From positions 241,180,001-241,244,000 of the forward strand of contig OZ024743.1 of NCBI GenBank assembly GCA_964016885.1: a DNA stretch of 64,000 nucleotides, in the 5' to 3' direction. This document shows positions 56,124 to 64,000 of the stretch, in pieces. The stretch is from Eledone cirrhosa (taxonomy: Eukaryota). The notes under the pieces are model-generated. The model made no database searches and had not been told where the DNA came from. It saw only the letters and a list, made by a program, of their open reading frames with translations. A program made the translations under genes and the position numbers. Each line of letters starts with the position of its first letter. Position 1 is the stretch's first letter.

Positions 56124-56722
56124 ATAATATATATATATTATATATATTATATATATAGTATATATATATATTATATATATATATATTATATATATTTATT
56201 ATGTATATAGTATATATATATATGTATTATATATATAAATTATATATATATATTATATATATATATTATATATATGTATATTATATATATATATTATATA
56301 TATATATTATATATATATATATTATATATATATATATTATATATATATATATTATATATATAGTATATATATATTATATATATATATATTATATATATTT
56401 ATTATATATATAGTATTTATATATATCTATTATATATATAAATTATATATATATATTATATATATATATTATATATATGTATATTATATATATATATTAT
56501 ATATATATATTATATATATATATTATATATATATTATATATATATTATACATATATAATATATATATCATATATATAATATATATATAATATATATATAT
56601 ATAATATATATATATAATATATATATATATAATATATATATGTATAATATATATATATCATATATATATATAATTTATATATATAATATATATATATATA
56701 CTATATATATAATATATATATA

Positions 56723-56758
<36 letters not shown>

Positions 56759-56772
56759 ATATATATATATAT

Positions 56773-56804
<32 letters not shown>

Positions 56805-57309
56805 ATATATAATATATTAAAACTGACCAAGGAATCCTTCCACCTCTACCCCTCCCACCATCTCAGTATATAATATCTCTATATATAATATATCTCTATA
56901 TATAATATATATATATATATATAATATATATATATAATATATATATAAACAATATATATATATATATAATATATATATATATAATATATATATAATATAT
57001 ATATATATATAATATATATATATATAAAATATATATATATATAATATTTATATATAATATATATATATAATATATATATATATAATATATATAAAATATA
57101 TATATATATATATATAATATATATATAATATATATATATATATAATATATATATATATAAAATATATATATATATAATATTTATATATAATATATATATA
57201 TAATATATATATATATAATATATATAAAATATATATATATATATAATATATATATATATCTAATATATATATATATATATTATATATATATATATGTATA
57301 TATATTTAT

Positions 57310-57344
<35 letters not shown>

Positions 57345-57502
57345 TATATATATTTATTATATATATATAAATATATATATAAGTATTTATACGTATATAT
57401 ATATAAGTATATATACATTCTTATATTTAGGTAACAGCCGTACTAAGAATGGGAAATGAAATTTCGTTTCATTTTTCCGTTTAAATATATATATGTTTAT
57501 TA

Positions 57503-57533
<31 letters not shown>

Positions 57534-57537
57534 AATA

Positions 57538-57724
57538 TAATTGTTTCCACTTTAGGCCCAAGGCCAGCAAATACTCAGTACATTACTGGTACTTTATTTT
57601 ATCGACCCCCGTCAGGATGAAAACCAAAGTTAACCTCGGCGGGATTTGAACTCAGACTGTAAAGGGAGGTAACTATGCTAGAAAGCATGGCGTCCAACCG
57701 TCTACCGATACTGCCAATTCACAA
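57538..57724 (-). mobile_element. tRNA-derived SINE copy
   Basis: Same family as 42005-42192. Confidence 0.85.
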
Positions 57725-57821
57725 TACATTATGAAGAGAGAAGTAACATTAGATATAATTAGTAATAAGGTATATCATATCCAACTGCTTCTATAGTCCC
57801 CGACTACGTATATATGTACAT

Positions 57822-57957
<136 letters not shown>

Positions 57958-58073
57958 TATATATAATATATATATGTATAATATATATATATCATATATA
58001 TATATAATTTATATATATAATATATATATATATACTATATATATAATATATATATATATATAATATATATATA

Positions 58074-58123
<50 letters not shown>

Positions 58124-58481
58124 TAAAACTGACCAAGGAATCCTTCCACATCTACCCCTCCCACCATCTCAGTATATAATATCTCTATATATAATATATC
58201 TCTATATATAATATATATATATATATATAATATATATATATAATATATATATAAACAATATATATATATATATAATATATATATATATAATATATATATA
58301 ATATATATATATATAATATATATATATAAAAAAAATATATATATATAATATTTATATATAATATATATATATATAATATATATATATATAATATATATAA
58401 AATATATATATATATATATAATATATATATATATATATAATATATATATATATATTATATATATATATATGTATATATATT

Positions 58482-58553
<72 letters not shown>

Positions 58554-58704
58554 TATATATATTTATTATATATATATAAATATATTTATAAGTATTTATA
58601 CGTATATATATATAAGTATATATACATTCTTATATTTAAGTAACAGCCGTACTAAGAATGGGAAATGAAATTTCGTTTCATTTTTCCGTTTAAATATATA
58701 TATG

Positions 58705-58769
<65 letters not shown>

Positions 58770-58870
58770 TATTGAAATTTCCGTTGCAAACAGAAAAGGT
58801 CATAGAAATGAAGATCGCTCTATGTAAGTACCAGAGCAAAATTTTATGTATAAAAATCAATACAATATAA

Positions 58871-58946
58871 TTACCTGATTACCAGAGGTTTCCCGAATGA
58901 GGCGAATACGAAAGAAACGTCTTCATTCGTTCGTCAGACGAGGCAA
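58871..58946 (-). ncRNA. Type I hammerhead ribozyme
   Basis: ttgcctcgt-CTGACGA-acgaatga..tcattcgg-GAAA-cctctgg-TA-atcaggtaa. Confidence 0.75.
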
Positions 58947-60153
58947 TATAAAACATGGCTAAATACTTGGAAAGTCTCATCAAGAAAAGCAGAAATAAAT
59001 TATATAAATATATACAAAGGAATTACAATAGCCATATGAAATATATAAAAAACTTTCAAGAAATATAGTTAGGTGTGTGTATATGTATGTATGTATATAC
59101 GCTCACAGATGTACATATGTATGTATGTACAAATGTGTACGTATAGTGAAAAAGTGTGCGTAAATATATGTGTTAGGGCAAGTGTATCTGTTTATCTGTA
59201 ACTGCAGACAGACATGATATATTTGTCTGTTTGGCAGGTACACAGAAAAACAGGGTATTAGATACATTATATGAAAATGAAGGCACGCGTATAAACACAC
59301 CCACACGCACGCGTACACTTATATGCGGAAGTAAAAGAGGTAAGGGAGTGTAATAATGAAAAGAAAGTATCATTCTCAATATATTTATAAAAATGGAACA
59401 ATAATTTAGAAGGAAAAAATTAAAGAAAAGAAGACAAACAAGGTACACGCGTACACACACACATATATCTACAAGAAACGTATATCTATAAGAAATATAT
59501 ATATATACACGCAAAAACGTGCAGACAAAAGCGTATGCAAGCACACATACACACACAGGATGGACATATATACGCATATACGCCTCGTCCCATGTATATC
59601 AAATCACGCGAACGCACGCGACTGTATACACACTCGCACACACACACACACGCAGAAATATACATGCTTATATACATACGCACACTTACACATCCATACA
59701 TTCGGTACGTACACACACACATACATACACTCACGCATATTGACCTGTTTACATGCACACACATAAAAATGAGGATGTAAAAAAAGAAAAAAACAAAACA
59801 AAAAACATAGATGTAAAAACACAGATATAAAGACACATATACATATACATATATATATATACACGCACCGCGCGCACATACGGAGGCGTTCGTGTACATA
59901 TATAGAAAGTATACACACATTAAGGCGCTCAGACACATAGATACAGGGGTGTAAAAAGCCTTGTGGATAAGTAAGTACAAATATAAAATTATAAGATTTG
60001 CTGCGAAATAACAAAAAATATCTTGAGTGGAAAACGCAAGTGACCTGTGTAATCAGTTAGTGAAGAAAAATAGGGAAGTAAAAAGTGGAAAGTGAAGATA
60101 TTAGTTAAGTGAATCGGAGAATAAAGGGGGGGGGGTTATTGGTGGATGTGAAG

Positions 60154-60700
60154 TAAAAATAAAAATAAAAATAAAAATAAAAATAAAAATAAAAATAAAA
60201 ATAAAAATAAAAATAAAAATAAAAATAAAAATAAAAATAAAAATAAAAATAAAAATAAAAATAAAAATAAAAATAAAAATAAAAATAAAAATAAAAATAA
60301 AAATAAAAAAAAATAAAAATAAAAATAAAAATAAAAATAAAAATAAAAATAAAAATAAAAAAAAAAATAAAAATATAAATAAAAATAAAAATAAAAATAA
60401 AAATAAAAATAAAAATAAAAAAATAAAAATAAAAATAAAAAAATAAAATTAAAAATAAAAATAAAAATAAAATTAAAATAAAAAAAAAATTAAAAAAAAA
60501 TAAAAAAAAAAGAAAAAAAAAAGAAAAAAAAAAAATTAAAAAAAAATAAAAAAAAATAAAAAAAAAAATAAAAAAAAAAAATAAAAAAAAAAAAAAAAAA
60601 AATAAAAATAAAAAAATAAAAATAAAAATAAAAATAAAAATAAAAATAAAATTAAAAATAAAAATAAAAATAAAAATAAAAATAAAAATGAAAATAAAAA
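60154..60700. repeat. (TAAAA/TAAAAA)n A-rich satellite
   Basis: Direct reading. Confidence 0.95.
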
Positions 60701-61730
60701 CTGGTGAAAATTTCTGTCTTTGTGTTCAGGCAGGTCTTTGGTGATTTAAGATTTTGCAAGATCCAATATTTTTCATTTATGCAGAGCGTGCATTTTCTTG
60801 TTCCTCTTGCATATTCTTTAGATTAGTTCAAAATTGACAAATCCAATTTATATTGGATACCTTGGTCTTTCAAATCCCATATTCTACTAGCCAGAGCTGT
60901 TGTAAATCTTTTTTTCTGGATGTCGAAAGGATGCGACATGTGAGTAATAACGCGTTTTGAATTTGTCTTGCGTCATACCCACATATCGTTCACTGGTGGC
61001 TGGATGGTTGTTGCTGATGGTTGTCACTTTAACCGCATATACAATGGCTTTGGTTTTGCATTTACTTTGTAATGGGCATTCACTTTTGATTCTACAGGAC
61101 CAATTTTGATGTTATCTAGGTGATTTTTTGTTTATGATATAGGATTTAATATGGGGACCGCAGGAGTAGCTAATTTTGACACAGTTTCTATTAAAGATCT
61201 TATAGTATCTATGTGTTCTAGGGAAATGTTTATCTAGGAGCTCTAGGAATTTTTTGCCTACATTAGTTTTAACTGCTAGAGAGTAGGGGGGTGTGAACCA
61301 GATTATTTTTCTTTTCCTGTTTTTATGTTTAATAGAGTTAGTATAGTTGGGTGTGTATTTAATCGGTTCGCTAAAACCGCTATTTTGGAGGGCTTTATTA
61401 TAGTAGGGGGATGCCTTATTAAAAATAGCTTCTGAGGAAGAGAGAGTGGAGATCCTACGGCTAATATTAGGTATAAGGTTTTTAAAAACTATAGGAGGAT
61501 GGTAAGTGCCTTTATTTATATATTTTAAGTTTTCATTAGGTTTACGGTATGGTTTATAAGAAGCAGTAGGCAAATCTAGGTTTATATCCAGGAAATCTAC
61601 ATTGGAAAGGTTAGTGTCAATAGTAATTTTAAGATTAAAACTACCGAAGGTTTTTATTAAGACTTTCCTTAATCTATCTAAGTTATGGCCTATGGTGGTA
61701 TGGGAAAGTATTAGACCATCGTCGCGATAA

Positions 61731-61801
<71 letters not shown>

Positions 61802-61832
61802 AAAGAATAGAGGTGTAACACACAAGTTATTA

Positions 61833-62504
<672 letters not shown>

Positions 62505-62942
62505 AATATTAAATAAATGGAAACTATATTTATAAAACCATATTTATTTCATTATATATATTTCAGGGATATCATATTAACAATATGCTATGCCTTCCTC
62601 AGACAAAATACAATATAAACAGTTTTATAGATAAATAGATTCGACATACCGTAACAACATCGACTTGCATTTGAAAAGGTTGATTTGGTAGTGAAAAAAT
62701 TGTACACAGAGAGAAAGAAAGAGAGAAAAAAAGGAAAGAAAGACAGAAAACGAAGAAAAAGAAGAAAAAGAAGAAATGCATGGAACAAAATAGAGAGATG
62801 GAAAGATAGATAAAGAGAAGAACTTCATGTAAAGAAACAGAAAGAGATATATATATAGAGAGAGAGAGGAAATAGAGATAGATACATATATATAGAAAAC
62901 TAGGTAGTGGGACGTCAGTTGAATAACGTATCAATGATACAT

Positions 62943-62973
<31 letters not shown>

Positions 62974-64000
62974 GCTCTAGTATTAATGTAAGGGAGATAT
63001 ATGGAGAGAAACCAGCTGTTATATATAGAGAGAAAAAAAAAATATAGAGAGAGAAAAAAATAGAGAGAGAAAAAAATTTAAAAATAACCAGACACAGGCG
63101 AGGCGTAAAAACCTCTGTTTTAATGTAGAGGTATTAGTATTTACAAAACCAGCCACTACATTGTAAATATCAGTATTCCTGAATGAGACATGTATCCACA
63201 ATGTGTGAAAATTAATGATCTTATGTTTAGTTTTAAAAAAATTCATATGTTTATGTGATAATTACAAACATCTATGTGAATCTACATGATCAACTCTGCA
63301 AACTCTAAGTTCACGGAAAACATTCTCAATGTGGTATAAACATTTAAGTATACATATATGTGTATATAGAGTCAATATTACTATTTCTGTCTCTACTCTA
63401 CAAGATTATCTATCAAGCAAAAATAGAGCAGATTTCAATATACTAATAAAAATAAAAATATATCAGAAACAAAACTAAAAATAACAATAAAAATAATAAG
63501 TAATAATAAAATAGAAAACTAAAAAAATATTACGAAAGAATATTACATATTAAAAAATATTACATATTAAAAAATTTACATATTAAAAATATTAAAAATA
63601 AAAATATAAATATTAGGAAATACTACAATAATAAAAATAAAATAAACCACAAAGATCAACCCTTCAAAATTAATTGACAATATATTGCCAAGTTCATTAT
63701 AAACATCAGAGTCGAAAAACAGATAAAGCCAAAAATTATCTATCAAATCGCATCTAGCAAAGATCATTTCAAAAAGTTTAGGATGCCCAATTTGGTCTAC
63801 ATGTGTTCTTATATTTAATATAGAAGTTTATCTAGTGTAACGTTTATTCGAAATATTTGGAGCATCAACTTTTAGGGTAGCTTAATTTTTCATGAAGAAT
63901 GTTTAAATAAAAATAAAATAAAATAAAAATAAAAAGAATAAAAAGAGAATCAAAGATTTATCGGCTAGTTTCCCATATAATTATAAATCAAACTAAATAT

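Larger units (their letters stand above)
58770..61732 (-). mobile_element. 5'-truncated, decayed Naiad-type element with a ~2-kb 3' UTR
   Basis: Starts at IYRDDGL. ORF 61112-61573 (PYRKPN, WFTPPYS, KIFNRN), then SCRIKSECPLQSKC..IVYAV..YVGMT. Hammerhead near the 3' end. Confidence 0.82.

Overview
Eukaryotic, AT-rich, repeat-saturated DNA with no recognisable host gene. The SINE and microsatellite content looks invertebrate, possibly cephalopod (inference only). (1) 1-17.8 kb is an alternating nest of two non-LTR retrotransposon types built on (AAT)n tracts. R4/Dong-type RT-RLE elements lie on + (one carries a 961-aa ORF). Two near full-length L1/Tx1-type ORF1+APE-RT elements lie on -, each between a matched pair of Dong 3' ends. 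(2) 18-26 kb holds simple repeats and tRNA-derived SINEs. (3) 26-62.4 kb is a (TA)n-embedded field of Penelope-like (Naiad-type RT+GIY-YIG) elements: one near-complete copy with direct pseudo-LTRs, truncated copies and fold-backs, plus a decayed Chapaev-type DNA transposon and RTE fragments. By hand I folded about 14 largely intact type I hammerhead ribozymes from several families, plus several decayed ones. Their cores include non-canonical variants (CAGAAGA in four copies, CCGAUGA, compensatory UUGAGAA), and many have palindromic stem III. One sits in a non-coding ~650-bp permuted unit that resembles a retrozyme. All structure calls are by eye; no database searches were run.
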